Below, one piece after another: positions 43,601-56,246 of a stretch of 64,000 nucleotides of DNA; the first letter of the stretch is position 1; each line of letters opens with the position of its first letter. The notes beneath the pieces are model-generated. The model saw only the letters and a list, made by a program, of their open reading frames with translations, was not told the DNA's origin and searched no databases. The stretch spans positions 28,190,299 to 28,254,298 of the forward strand of contig NC_134025.1 in the NCBI RefSeq assembly GCF_964204645.1, given 5' to 3'. A program made the position numbers and the translations under genes. The stretch comes from Tubulanus polymorphus. Its lineage: Eukaryota > Animalia > Nemertea.

Positions 43601-46600
43601 TTCTTTCTGGGAGTGTTTCAAAAAATCTGTCTTAATTATTTCCCAGAATCAACGCGAACAACTGCTTTTAATGATACTAGCTATAAACAGAAAATTCAGA
43701 AAAAAGTATCCTTAACTATTTACGTTGAAGTGTACTCCAGTAAAGCGAGTACAGTACCAAAAAAAATATTTACTATTAAGTAAAGCGTTTTAAGGATTCG
43801 AGCGATTGTTTTAGGGCATTTCGCTTTCATAGGTTTTACTGACAGTATTAAAAACGATGCCCCCTTTCCGTTTCGTGGACTCACAATCTTGTATCATATC
43901 ATAGTCAATATAAGACAGAGAGTTAGAATTCTTTCGCGTCTAAGTAGCGACCTTTTATTAGACATCCGGTTTTTGTATAGAACGCCCGATTCGAACGGTC
44001 ATCGATACGTACTTGATGCTAGCTGCGAGAGTATTTTGAGAGTCTGTGCTAGAAACTGCTTTCGTCTTCAGCGGCATCGATTTCCGACGCTTGTTGCGAG
44101 ATCTCGTTGCTCGTTTTATCGCGGTTTTTATTTATTTTCTCGAGAGTCGATTAGCGAATCTTTTACCTTCCTCGATGCTATCAATCGTCTGTCGTTATGT
44201 ATTATGCATGTAGTTTCGTGCTTTGGATTTTATCCAAAACTAATTTTCCGATAGTCTGCGGCGCGAGTCGGAGCGAACGTGAGGACTGGCGACGTTCAGG
44301 AACGTCGGTATTTTTGAAATATAATTCGGTTTAACGCTCGAGGTGCGATTTAGATGCGGCCGATCGTAACGTTTTTAAAATGATAAGTGAAAATCTTGTT
44401 TGTAGCGGAATTAGAATTGAAACTGGAGTTAATAACGTTGAATTACTCATTTTCTATACGACAATCTAAGATTCCCTACGAGTCGCTTTGTGGCAATTAT
44501 TTGATTTAGATTTGAATTGTAGAAAATGCCTTATTCGCCGCTTTATCCGATAATATTTAATCTTCGTTTCAATTTCACGGTTGCATTCAGACACCCCGGG
44601 ACTGCTTATCCGACAGAATTTCCTACTTCTTAACAAATCAGTCAATAAACCATGAAATTCTGACGTAGAAATGATGGCGCTGTATCTTTCTCAGCCAGGA
44701 GTATAACGTGCTGATTTATCTGTGTCGTTCTCGCATCCGTTAAAATTTGAATAAAGTTCATTAGTTGATAATTGATTGTCACAAAGTGAAATTTTGCCGA
44801 TGGCCATTCTATTCAGGGATCGTTCGTCGAATTCAAAATACATGTACTACCAGAGCTGCTAGGTCTGATGTAACACGTTGAATACAGAAAAGTTCAAATA
44901 TCAACGACTGTATGTGTTATTTGTGAAAAAACGGGTAAATTATGTTCAATATAAATTCCCGTACATCACTCAAATTGAATGATCAAACGTATAGCAACAT
45001 TCAACAAATTAACTCATGAATAAACCCATGTTTCGTCGTTCTTTTCACGGACCCCGGGGGAAATAGATGACTAACGTTGTATTTGCACCAATACGAAGAT
45101 ATATGTTAACTATGAAATTTGCTTCTATTTCGACAAGTGTATATATCAACGCGGCAGATTTGCACTTAAGGTTGGACCTAACTCCATTTATTATACATTA
45201 ATTACTCCTAATCTTGGTCGACACTGGAGACGCATCGCTAAAATACCCAGAGGACTTGTTTTGCGTCGCTGAAAGTTTAGCTACAATTCGGATGGCAAGT
45301 GGTTTTAATGATGACCATGTCTACGTGGATAGTTAATGATCAATAGTATAGGGGTAGAAATAAATGATTCGTCGTTTCAGTCTGATAGAACTTGCGTCGT
45401 CTAATCACAGCACACATACAATTTAGATACATACAATAAATAAGAACATATTTTTACAAAGTTTGATAAGAGCAACATTTTCAAAAATATTCTCTGTTGG
45501 TTATGCCTAGATTCCCCTTAAATGCGTATGGAAATTCAAAGTGAGTTAGTGCGGTTCTATGACCGACCGGCCAGACCACCGAAATCTTATCAGTGAAGCT
45601 CATGAACTACATGTAGACAAAAACGATATAGAGGATGAAATTTATATCCGATTCATACATCGTCCATCGGAAAACAGATGTTTGGGGAAGATTGACGATG
45701 GTTTGATGAGAATAATATTCATTTCAGTATTGTATTCATTTCCTACATTCCGATAAGCACAAACGACTAATTTACTTCAGCCTCTCTTCTAACATCGGAA
45801 TAGATCTGTTGGAATCTGATCAGATGTGGACATACGCATGAGACTGGATGAGTGTTTGAAATCAGATTAATGACCTGTCCCTGGTATACATATCGGTCAA
45901 TTTGTCGACATCAATTAATAGACAGATGGAGGGTAGAGCGAACGTGTGAGGGAGAGAGAGTGAGAGTGAGTGAGAGAGAGAGAAAGACATGTTATGGCTC
46001 TTTTATTACGTCTCTTGAATATCGTTAGAATGATATTGTAATTGTAAATCTTTTTTAGTCTTTTATTACCTGGTGTGAAATCTCTTCGATACAAGTGGAC
46101 AATTAAACATATCTTTCTATATGTATATATCATTTCAATTAAAAATGGAAATTGTAAAATCACTTAACAATGTGCGGTCCAAGTTCGTAATTACTTTCGT
46201 AATTAGTTTTATCTCACCCCAAAAATAAAAAAAAAGATGTACAGGACTACGAGCGCTTTGCTGCAGGCGCCTAATAAGTCGAAAACGTTCCGAAAAGAGC
46301 AATAAGCTAAAAGTGGTATTTTATCTCATGGAGGCACAAGTTAAAGGTGCGTAATTATGGAAGCTTAAAGCATCCGAACCGACTAATTCACATACTACGG
46401 CTGTATGACTGACTATCCATTTGCGTCCATAAGTCAACATGTTTGACCAGGCACGGTAATCAAATTATTTTCACTCAGTTCAAGTTAATCACTCGAAAGA
46501 ACCGTTTAGCCCTTTTTTTGTTTGTGTTCGAAATGTGTAAACGTTATAGGCTTGGACTACAGCTAATGTTATGAATTACCAAAATATCCTGAAAATTTGA

Positions 46601-49232
46601 TCAACTCTTATGTAATTTATAATATCATTATCGAAGGCGTTGTAATCTAAGTGTCATCTGAAGTGTGTTAGTTGGTTTGGTCATATTCGGCAACTCGTCC
46701 ACCATACGTATAATACGTTGCTTAATAGGCCATTTGTGTGGTTTCTTTTCTATTCATCCATATTTTCGCTAATAGTAAATGATGGCAAGGTTATGAATAC
46801 GGAAGAAGATATGAAATTGGCTTCTATTAAGGGGATGACATTAGTGGACTACATTGACTGGGAGATTACCCTAGTTAGTCAGCTTAAACATATGTCATCA
46901 TTTCCGACTTTACTTCCAAGACAAGGTAGAACGAATTGTCAGACAAATATAATCAACTTTATACGCCTTACCTTATACTGCGACCAGAAAAGAGAAAGAG
47001 AGAGTAGAGAAATGATTTCTATAGACTTGCGTTTATCTGGGTATTTTGGTCTGCTTTTAGTTGGAAAGATGATATATCTATACATTACAGATCATTTTGT
47101 GCGCGAACATACAAATGCCACTGATCATGAATCTAAATTAACGGATGGTGTTTATTCTAACCTACAACCGCCTTAAATGCAGTTGGTTGTTTGATTCGAT
47201 TGATAAATTTAACAAAAAATTGTTGTTTGTGCTTGTGAAAAAAGTGCTGTACCGTGGTGATTACCAAACTGCGCCCGAAGAAAGACCGGACTACAAAGTG
47301 CTCGTCTGATGCTTCGACAAGTTGTTAGACAAATGTACTTAGGTTATAAAAAGTACTTGAATCGGGGATACTTGTAGTCGATGAAAGATAATTTTTCTTT
47401 GAAGTATTCTTCTTATACAGCAAAGATAATTATCGAATCAATTAAATCGACGCTGAGGAACTGAACGAACAGTAAACTTTTTAAAATGTATTGAAAAACA
47501 CTTAACATCCTCAAACTCCAACTAGCTTAATTTGATGATAAGGCTGTTCTTCTATTTGAATATATTGCCAACGGGAATCTTTGATCACTACCACGAATAT
47601 TTCACATTTGAAGAACTAAAGAGATCGGTCTTGCGGTACCGTGTATAATCATCGTCTTTGGTGTGAGAGGTCCACTGGACTTTTTATTCAGATGGGAGAT
47701 TTCCATTTGCATATCGATGCTACTCCCCTGTCGGTATTACTTCACTATCTATCACAGAACCGACGATGGGTAATGTTATCAAGGATTAGTAGGGCCTACA
47801 TTGTAGTAGATGGTAGCATTGGTCGCTCGTGATTTAATTCTGGTTCAATTTATCGTTGCAGGTAAATGTACAGGAAAATGGCTAATACATTCGTGCATGG
47901 CCGGAAACTCTGGCAAGCGTTCGGATTCCAGTGCAGCAAACAGATTACAATCACAAGAAACTTTAGAAAAATTACTCCGAATCATTAAACAAGAGATAAA
48001 GATCCAGTCGGATCAACGACAGTTGGAAAACCCGTCGATAGGTAGCAGCATTAGCAGCACGTACCAAGATGAACCAACGCCTAGTTCAGTTTTATGGGAA
48101 CGTTTGGTAAGATTAATAATGCATCGCCCATTGTTCCAATAAACATCAGCGACAGACAGAAGTTTATACTGGCCACTAGAGTTGCTGAAGCGTTTAACAT
48201 GACTACAAACATTTTATCCGTGTTTATTAGATTTGAGCTGTCCGTGCTACCGCAAGTGAATACAAACCGTCCACTGTCAAATAACTTGATTAATTTCGCA
48301 TCCCAGAGGCCTTCACCGGCGCTTACTATTTCTGAAACAAAATATCATTGTCGAAGAATCGAATTTCTATTGTTATAACTCGGAATATATTTCGTTATCT
48401 ATTTATGATGACCGTCCGTCTGTATATGTCTAATCATTTCCGCTGGCGTGTACCAATTTGAAAGACTTCGTGCACAGTATCATATTACGCCCTGAATGTC
48501 TTAATCATTCTACGTATATATATGAATATATCATACCATGTATATATGATTTCGTTCTGTAATATAAACAAAGGATAAACAATTATCTATAAGTTTGTAT
48601 TCAACTATCCAAACGTAATACGGAGTTTTCTTTCATGATTTCGACTTGGTGACGAAATTCGAGTTATTCAGTGACGAATGCTAAACGGAAAGCACATACG
48701 TTAATGAAAAATGTCCTTGGTGCGCCAGCGGTGATCAGGCTGAACCGTATGGGCTTATGGTATAGGCCTAATAACTCGAATTTCGATATTTTAAGTCGAA
48801 AAAATTTAAAAAAAAAATCTATCAATTTCATCACGAAGCCTGTAAGAATTAGTTTGTAATCAATTTTTTGAGGAGATGGAACCTCGCGTTGAAAAATGAA
48901 ATAAATATGGCGATGCTTTAAGCCGGGTGTAGGTAGACCTTTGCGACTGCTTGCGATTTATTGAGACGCTGCCCGTGCGGATGACCTAGACTATTCGCAC
49001 ACGTCGCAGTCGACCTATGCACCCATCTGTCGCGTTGCAACTACCTACACCCGCATTTATGGCAACTTTACCTCATTAGGTAATGGTGACTTCGCTTCTT
49101 TGGGTAATGTTACCGAAAGGTAATATGACTTTCATTTTCCTCAGCAAAGTACTTATCATTATTTCTCTTATTTCTATTCAGCTGACGAGACTACGAGATC
49201 AAGAAGAACGCAGAAGACGCAGACGCAAGTGA
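28602..49232 (+). CDS. Excitatory peptide (EP/GGNG; CCHamide orthologue) neuropeptide precursor, 126 aa, 3 coding exons
   Basis: Exon 1 is 28602-28686 (signal peptide MRMRTNGAWSLVLLVAVYICVSRTYVQA, G|gtaaga). Exon 2 is 47862-48106 (ttgcag|GT AAA TGT..., phase 1) and encodes GKCTGKWLIHSCMAGNS-GKR plus propeptide, ending WERL|gtaaga. Exon 3 is 49182-49232 (ctattcag|LTRLRDQEERRRRRRK*). The total is 381 nt in frame. The peptide matches the EP pattern KCxGxWxIHxCxGGN-amide and directly follows the signal peptide. Confidence 0.85.
29431..29484. repeat. Imperfect (TA)n/(TACATA) microsatellite
   Basis: TA run interrupted by CA/TG. Confidence 0.85.
33802..33947. repeat. 73-bp tandem duplication (2 copies) containing two short palindromes
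   Basis: TAAATATTATTTTCAATA...CAACTTAATGTAAGTTG occurs at 33802 and 33875. Confidence 0.9.
39759..39850 (+). mobile_element. Possible tRNA-derived SINE head
   Basis: A-box-like GATAGCGACCGGG and B-box GGTTCGATCCC (39822-39832). I cannot fold a full cloverleaf. Confidence 0.35.
45950..45987. repeat. Imperfect (GA)n microsatellite
   Basis: GAGAGA/GAGT run. Confidence 0.8.
48921..49056. mobile_element. PIF/Harbinger-like MITE in intron 2 of the neuropeptide gene
   Basis: TIR core CGGGTGTAGGTAG / CTACCTACACCCG, with TTA on both flanks as a putative TSD. Confidence 0.6.
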
Positions 49233-50650
49233 CGTCATGGCGAACTACATCAGGCAGGCCGATAACTTCTATACAGCGCCACCTATACATGCCGGTAGAA
49301 CCTTCCTCGAAAACTACAGAGCGCTGCAACTAGGAGAAAATACACCTGGTCGGATATAATCAAATTGGTCGCAATAGTTATCACTGACCTAACAAATATT
49401 TTTTGCGGAGCATGTTCGGGGATAAATTAGAAGCGAATGTCTGACAATTGAATTCTGATTGTGCATGCCAAAACCAAACGCGAATAACAAATTTCAACAT
49501 TTTATCGTATTGATAGTGGTGTTCAATGTTCTCCGCGTAATGTATTCATCCATGTAGATTTTAAGACAACTCCACTTAAAAAAAACCTCGGTTAATTTTC
49601 GAATGAGACTGATTTGTTGTGTAGTGTTGTGTTTAATCGCCCATAAGCTCCGGAAACTTTGTGGTAACGCATTTGACGGTCGTCATTTCACATTCATATA
49701 ATTCTATTTTGATGGGGGCGATGAATAAATCCAATATGCGTGACTACACTGCATGATTTTCAGCTTCGGTAGAAGACTTATCTATTCCTAAAATCTATTT
49801 TGTATAAACGACTGCATCAGTTTAGAGATTCGAAGAAGTATTGCGTGGAATTACGATTTAGAGTAAATTAAAAGGTGTAAACACCTTTAACAGTCGAAAC
49901 GGTTGTAATATATATCTATAATAAGAATTAATCGATTTCTTGCTGACGTTCTACTCATAATTTCTTGCTCCTACTCATTACCGCCGAATGCATGCACTAG
50001 TAATGAATAAAAGAAGAATCGGCTACATGTATAGAATCCGAGTAACTTGTCTGATTTAGTCATTTGTCTTGACTGTTGAATAAAATTTCTATAGTTCTAT
50101 ATACTATTTCTTTCGTTTTGTTTTTTAATAATAATCATTGATAGTGCAAACGACACATTGCCAAGTGTTAAGTAAGTCTTATTTAGTTAATTCCTTAAAT
50201 GACACGTCGAATTTCTGAAATATTCATATTTCTGAAATGGAATCTAGCTGTAAATAAAAAAAATTCCTGAATGAAAATCCTTCACCGGCCATGTACATAG
50301 CTAATACCGGTTATTTCAATTAGGTCATGCGACATTCGTTTATCGAGTGTAGCTGCCTAGTTTATCGAACAATTATTTGTCATTTCACACAAAATACGTT
50401 CACTGAGTGTCATCATTCTTCAGATTCAGGGAATTTACCTTCAACTGCACCTTTCATAATAGATCCTTGCATCGTCTACATGACAAGGTAAGCTTAACAC
50501 GATGATTCACAAATGAATAGTTTAGATGACCACAGTTCAGTCATTCATCATGGTTACTAATATCTGAAGATAAAATATATATAGAAATGATTGAAGATTT
50601 ATAATGTATGGGAGGCTGGTTTCAAAACAAATTTTTTAAACGTTTTTAGG

Positions 50651-52150
50651 ATGTTTGCCGTAGTGATATTTGGACTTCTATTGTACGGTTCGACAGAGAT
50701 TAGCGGTAAAAGAATTGCTGTACTCACTTACCAGGTCGGGGGTCACTTAACTCAAGGAGCAACAATAGGCGAATTATTAGTTTCACGCGGACACGAAGTT
50801 TACATGCTAGTAGAAAAATCATACATTAAACGGCCATATTTCCAAAATAAAAACTTCAAATTCCTGTCGTATAGCATGGGTAACAACAGGACTCGTGATT
50901 TGTCGAATTCAGAAGCACTACACATGACATTTCAAGAATTGGTAGCCAATGAAAATCTGATAGCTGACTGCAAAATTGTAATTGAAAATCCTGAAATTCA
51001 TGAAATCTTTAAAACACAGAAATTTGATTTGGCCATAGTGCACGCGGCGGCCTTGTGTTACTATTTATTACCAAAGCTATACGGAATCCCATATATTTCG
51101 ATGGCACCTTATATCTTTCCATGGCTTAAGACTGGAATACCGTCTGTACTCACAACCTTTACCTGTCTCATCGGACCAAATCGAAAATTATTGTATGATA
51201 GATACAAACATTACGAAATCATCAATATGATGGATACTTTATCGAATTCGTTCAAACAGGAATTTTTAGACTATCTACCAGGAGTTCACTTAAATTCCCT
51301 GACAGATCTAATAGATGAATCTATGTTGACTTTAATCAGTGAAGTTCCATTTTTGGACTGTCCCACGATTAAGCTTCCAAGTTTTATTCAGATCGGGGGA
51401 TTTTCATTTGTCGCACCCGAACCAGTACCCGATGAGTTCAAGCATATTGTGGATGCAGCAATTGATGGCGTAATCCTCGTATCTTTTGGTAGCTGTATAG
51501 ATCCCGATTTTTCTGCTGAAATTGCCGGGAGATTTTTTGCTGCATTCGCTCGGTTACAGAAATACCAAGTTATCTGGCGATTAGACCCAAAGTATATCGA
51601 TGTAAGCAATATACCGAAGAATGTTCACTTCACTTCCTGGCTTCCACAAAAACAAATCCTCGGTCACAAAAATACGAAAATATTTATAACTCATTGCGGA
51701 CAATTTGGAATGGAGGAGGCATTCTTCAGTGGAGTACCCATGATTGGATTTCCAATCATTGCTGATCAATTTTATAATTCAATGCGAATGACCGAACGTG
51801 GATTTGGTAAAGAGATGGACATACATTCTTTTACATCCGACGAACTATATGAAAATCTCGTTGAAATGCTGACAAACAGAGGTTATTCAGACAGGATTAA
51901 AGATGCATCTTCTAAAGCGTTGAACATGCCTGATGGCCATCCACGTGACCGGACAATAGCTTGGATAGAACACGTGATGCAATATGGCGGCGATCATTTG
52001 CGAACTTCGGCTTCGTTTATGTCATTCACCGAACTATATATGTTAGATGTAATTTGTATTTTCATTGTTTCAATCATAGTCTTGATCGTGATTTTTGTTT
52101 GCATTATAGCATGTACAGTTAGACGCTTCTTAAAGAAAAAAAGGGATTAA
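50651..52150 (+). CDS. UDP-glucuronosyl/glycosyltransferase (GT1 family), copy 1, 499 aa
   Basis: The ATG directly follows a tttttag|G acceptor (5'UTR intron 50488-50649). It has a signal peptide, a catalytic His (VGGHL), the UGT signature WLPQKQILGHKNTKIFITHCG...EEAFFSGVPMIGFPIIADQ, a C-terminal TM helix and a KKRD end. Confidence 0.95.
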   Translation: MFAVVIFGLLLYGSTEISGKRIAVLTYQVGGHLTQGATIGELLVSRGHEVYMLVEKSYIKRPYFQNKNFKFLSYSMGNNRTRDLSNSEALHMTFQELVANENLIADCKIVIENPEIHEIFKTQKFDLAIVHAAALCYYLLPKLYGIPYISMAPYIFPWLKTGIPSVLTTFTCLIGPNRKLLYDRYKHYEIINMMDTLSNSFKQEFLDYLPGVHLNSLTDLIDESMLTLISEVPFLDCPTIKLPSFIQIGGFSFVAPEPVPDEFKHIVDAAIDGVILVSFGSCIDPDFSAEIAGRFFAAFARLQKYQVIWRLDPKYIDVSNIPKNVHFTSWLPQKQILGHKNTKIFITHCGQFGMEEAFFSGVPMIGFPIIADQFYNSMRMTERGFGKEMDIHSFTSDELYENLVEMLTNRGYSDRIKDASSKALNMPDGHPRDRTIAWIEHVMQYGGDHLRTSASFMSFTELYMLDVICIFIVSIIVLIVIFVCIIACTVRRFLKKKRD

Positions 52151-53329
52151 ATCTGATTGAATGAACGAAGTTCATGTTTGAATAAGTAATTATTCAATGT
52201 ATCTATATACGTGACGTTGAAAATGGCTCATAAATAATAGAGTTAAATCAAGGCAATGAATTCTTAGATTTTTATTATTAATGATCAAGTATTATATTTA
52301 CCTGTATATTTACTAAACTTGACTTCTGTGTGATAACAAATAAAGCATTATGCAGGGTTCAACAATTCAAAAGGTCGTAGACGATGCCACTTCTGAAATT
52401 TTTCAATCTGGCATACATTAAGTTGGTAATAAGCCATGACATTCACTGGATAGCATTCCCCTTATCGCAAATGTGTGAATATGTGCATAGTCATTTTTTT
52501 GTGAATGATACCACTACTAATGGGGTCAGAGATTATGTTGAATCGCTTCGTTTTCTAAAATAAGTCACCACTTAATTACCCCAGTTCCATTTACTGTCGC
52601 ATGACGATTTGCAGAATCGCGATGGGATGGGATACTACGTGAATGAAATTGATTTTATGTTCAAATGGACGGATCTTCCAAAGTTACAGATATTACTCGC
52701 TTAAGATACATGATTTTAAAAACTACAACTCTAATGTGTATCTACCATACTGGACTTCCCAAATCATTCCGCATTATAGTAGAGTTACTTGATGGAGTTC
52801 AAAACATGAAATCTAACTTGAAAGTTGATTGGCGCCTTGAAGAAAAGTAACACATATATATTGCCTAATATCATCGACAATCTGAATAATATTGATGATC
52901 AATAAAGTTATTTTGAATTTTAATACATCGACTTTTGAATTGATCGGCAACCAGTCCCAATATTGGTGACGTATGCTACATCCACTCAAAATTCATTTAA
53001 GACATAAAAATGTATTAGATAGAAAATAAGAGTCATGGAATATATTTTATAACAAAATGAATGCCATTATTGTAAACGGTTTTGACGGCGTCATAGAGCT
53101 CGAAATGAATAACACAATGATACCGGTTTATAGTCGTTATTTTAATTAGGTCATGTATATTTACAGTTCAAGTGTATCTACCCAGTTTATCCGAAGATTT
53201 TCTGTCATTTCACACAAAATACGTGAACTGTATGACTTCGTTCTCAGTGCAAAAATAAATCGACTTCTATTTCATAAAGGATTTCGCGCGTTTTCTACAC
53301 GACAAGGTAAGCATAACAATCTATGCAAT

Positions 53330-53631
53330 CAGGGGCGCGTCACTATGGATTTCCGAATCACCGGGGTCAGAACAAGCGGAACAATTTACCATATTTTGCA
53401 CCATATCAGCCGAGCGTCGAAGGCAAACGCGAATTTCTGAATACTTGAAATTGCTTAAATTATAGTATTTATTTTCAAAATTCGAGGCTTGCGAGGAACG
53501 TTTTCTCAACATTTCAAGGCAAAATATTTATGAAATTTCTGGAGTGTATAGAAATTGAATTAAGAACTAAAAAATACGAGACTTGGATTCAAAAAGTAGG
53601 GTCGTCCGTCCCTACCTCACACCACCTTTTG
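53330..53631. mobile_element. ~300-bp insertion (transposon-like) in the 5'UTR intron of UGT copy 2
   Basis: Absent from the paralogous intron of UGT copy 1. It starts with CAGGGGCG and has GCAAT on both flanks. Confidence 0.45.
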
Positions 53632-53797
53632 GCAATGATTCACAATCGATGAATCTATAAATGACCACAGTTTAACCTTTCATCACGGTCGCTTATGTCT
53701 GATATAATTGCCAGTCTGTTATTATTCGAATAAAGGTATACATTTTTTCATTTATGCGAGACTAATTTTGATATAAAATCTTTTATACATTTCCAGG

Positions 53798-55306
53798 ATG
53801 TTTGCCGTATTGATATTTGGACTTCTATTGTGCGGTTCGATAGAGATAAGCGGTAAAAGAATTGCTGTACTCACTTATCAGGTCGGGGGTCACTTAACTC
53901 AAGGAGCAACAATAGGCGATTTATTAGTTTCGCGCGGACACGAAGTTTACATGCTAGTAGAAAAATCATACATTAAACGGCCATATTTCCAAAATAAAAA
54001 CTTCAAATTCCTGTCGTATAGCATGGGTAACAACAGGACTCGTGATGTGTCGAATTCAGAAGCACTACACATGACATTTCAAGAAATAGTGGCCAATGAT
54101 CATGCGATAGATGACTGCAAAATTGTTATCGAAAATCCTGAAATTCATGAAATCTTTAAAACACAGAAATTTGATTTGGCTATAGTGCACGCTGCGGCCT
54201 TGTGTTACTATTTATTACCAAAGCTATACGGAATCCCGTATATTTCGATGGCTCCTTATATCTATCCATGGCTTAAGACTGGAATACCGTCTGTACTCAC
54301 AACCTTTACCTGTCTCATCGGACCAAATCGAAAATCATTGTATGATAGATACAAACATTTCGAACTCTTCAATATGTTTGCTACTTTTCCAAATACGTTC
54401 AAACAGGAATTTTTAGACTATTTACCAGGAGTTCACTTGAATTCCCTGAAAGAACTTACAGATGAATCTATGTTGACTTTAATCAGTGAAGTTCCTTTAT
54501 CGGATTGTCCTACGATTAAGCTTCCAAGTTTTATTCAGATCGGGGGATTTTCATTTGTCGCACCTGAACCAGTACCCGATGAGTTCAAGCATATTGTGGA
54601 TGCAGCAATAGATGGCGTAATCCTTGTATCTTTTGGTAGCATCATAGGTCCAGATTTTTCTGCTGAAATTGCCACGAGATTTTTTGCTGCATTCGCTCGG
54701 TTACAGAAATACCAAGTTATCTGGCGATTAGACCCAAAGTATATCGATGTAAGTAGTATACCGAAGAATGTTCACATCACTTCCTGGCTTCCACAAAAAC
54801 AAATCCTCGGTCACAAAAATACGAAAATATTCATAACTCATTGCGGACAATTTGGAATGGAAGAGGCATTCTTCAGTGGAGTACCCATGATTGGATTTCC
54901 AATCATTGCTGATCAATTTTATAATTCTATGCGAATGTCCGCACGTGGATTTGGTAAAGAGATGGACATACATTCTTTTACATCCGACGAACTTTATGGA
55001 AATCTCGTTGAAATGCTGACAAACAGAGGTTATTTAGACAGGATTAAAGATGCATCTTCTAAAGCGCTGAACATGCCTGATGGCCATCCACGTGACCGGG
55101 CAATAGCTTGGATAGAACACGTGATGCAATATGGCGGCGATCATTTGCGAACTTCGGCTTCGTTTATGTCATTCACCGAACTATATATGTTAGATGTTAT
55201 TTTTATTTTCATTGTTTCAATCATAGTCTTGATCGTGATTCTTGTTTGCATTATAGCATGTATAGTTAGACGCTTCTCCGAGAAAATAGAGATTAAATCT
55301 GATTGA
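53798..55306 (+). CDS. UDP-glucuronosyl/glycosyltransferase (GT1 family), copy 2, 502 aa
   Basis: Tandem paralog at offset 3147 bp with the same UGT signature; 5'UTR intron at 53307-53796. Confidence 0.95.
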   Translation: MFAVLIFGLLLCGSIEISGKRIAVLTYQVGGHLTQGATIGDLLVSRGHEVYMLVEKSYIKRPYFQNKNFKFLSYSMGNNRTRDVSNSEALHMTFQEIVANDHAIDDCKIVIENPEIHEIFKTQKFDLAIVHAAALCYYLLPKLYGIPYISMAPYIYPWLKTGIPSVLTTFTCLIGPNRKSLYDRYKHFELFNMFATFPNTFKQEFLDYLPGVHLNSLKELTDESMLTLISEVPLSDCPTIKLPSFIQIGGFSFVAPEPVPDEFKHIVDAAIDGVILVSFGSIIGPDFSAEIATRFFAAFARLQKYQVIWRLDPKYIDVSSIPKNVHITSWLPQKQILGHKNTKIFITHCGQFGMEEAFFSGVPMIGFPIIADQFYNSMRMSARGFGKEMDIHSFTSDELYGNLVEMLTNRGYLDRIKDASSKALNMPDGHPRDRAIAWIEHVMQYGGDHLRTSASFMSFTELYMLDVIFIFIVSIIVLIVILVCIIACIVRRFSEKIEIKSD

Positions 55307-56246
55307 ATGATCATCAAGTTCAAATAAGCAAATAAGTAAATCAATGTATATCTAAATCTAAATAATAGAGTTGTCTTAAGGCCGGCGTACACGAGGTAGT
55401 TTCCTGTCATACGACAATTCCGATGAAGAATCGACTGGTGTTTATGCTATTAATTATCAAGTATCATCATTTTCAATACTTGACTTCAATGTGATAAATA
55501 AACCATTATATAGGACTCAAAGGTTTTATTCTATTTCATTATCTTCAATCGTTTCAATACATTGAATATATCGGTGTAGCCTAGAATTCGCCTTTTCAAG
55601 TGTGTTCATTTGGGCATAGTCGTTTCTTTTTGTGGTTAATACCGCTTTATCCTGTACTGGTGTCATTGCACCAAGGAAGCGAGGCCGTGAAATATTTTCA
55701 GCTTGATGTTCCGTACACCTTTTTTTCAAACGTCGTTATCACGTTACTCCTTCGATGTTGGTGAGTGAGCTCTCAAATGAAATGTGTCTATTCAACACTG
55801 TATATACCATATTACATCAATTATTTGATTAATAATTGTTATACAATACCCTTTAAAATATATCTGTATTTTCTTGGCATATTTTTCAATACGTTTTTTG
55901 AGAAGGTTGGATGAGGTAGCACGGAACTGCAGCTACAGAAATAAACCAACACTCGGGTAAAAATATTCAGAACAGCTGATACGAGTATATTATCGGTGGA
56001 GTTCCTGTTGAAAGATGGCATTGTTTGCTAAATAAGTTACCACTTAATAACCCAGTTCCCCATATTTACCGTGATGTGAAGGTCGAACCGTTCAAATCCG
56101 CGGAGGCAGATCCAGAAAACGCATAACGATAAACAGAATCCATGGAATAGAATACACTACTGATGCAAAAATGTGTTACTATTAGCGCGGACCCAACCCA
56201 AGCACAACATGGAGTACTGATGAGTTGCCGTCACCGAGAGTAAATT

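Noticed and set aside
43889-44340. GC-richer, CpG-rich stretch with a 121-codon frame
   Set aside because: Possibly a decayed TE or gene fragment, but no recognisable motif in any frame I read.
48107-48378. ORF continuation VRLIMHRPLFQ and the 94-aa ORF at 48094
   Set aside because: They lie beyond a strong TTG|gtaaga donor, so they are interpreted as intron 2 of the neuropeptide gene.
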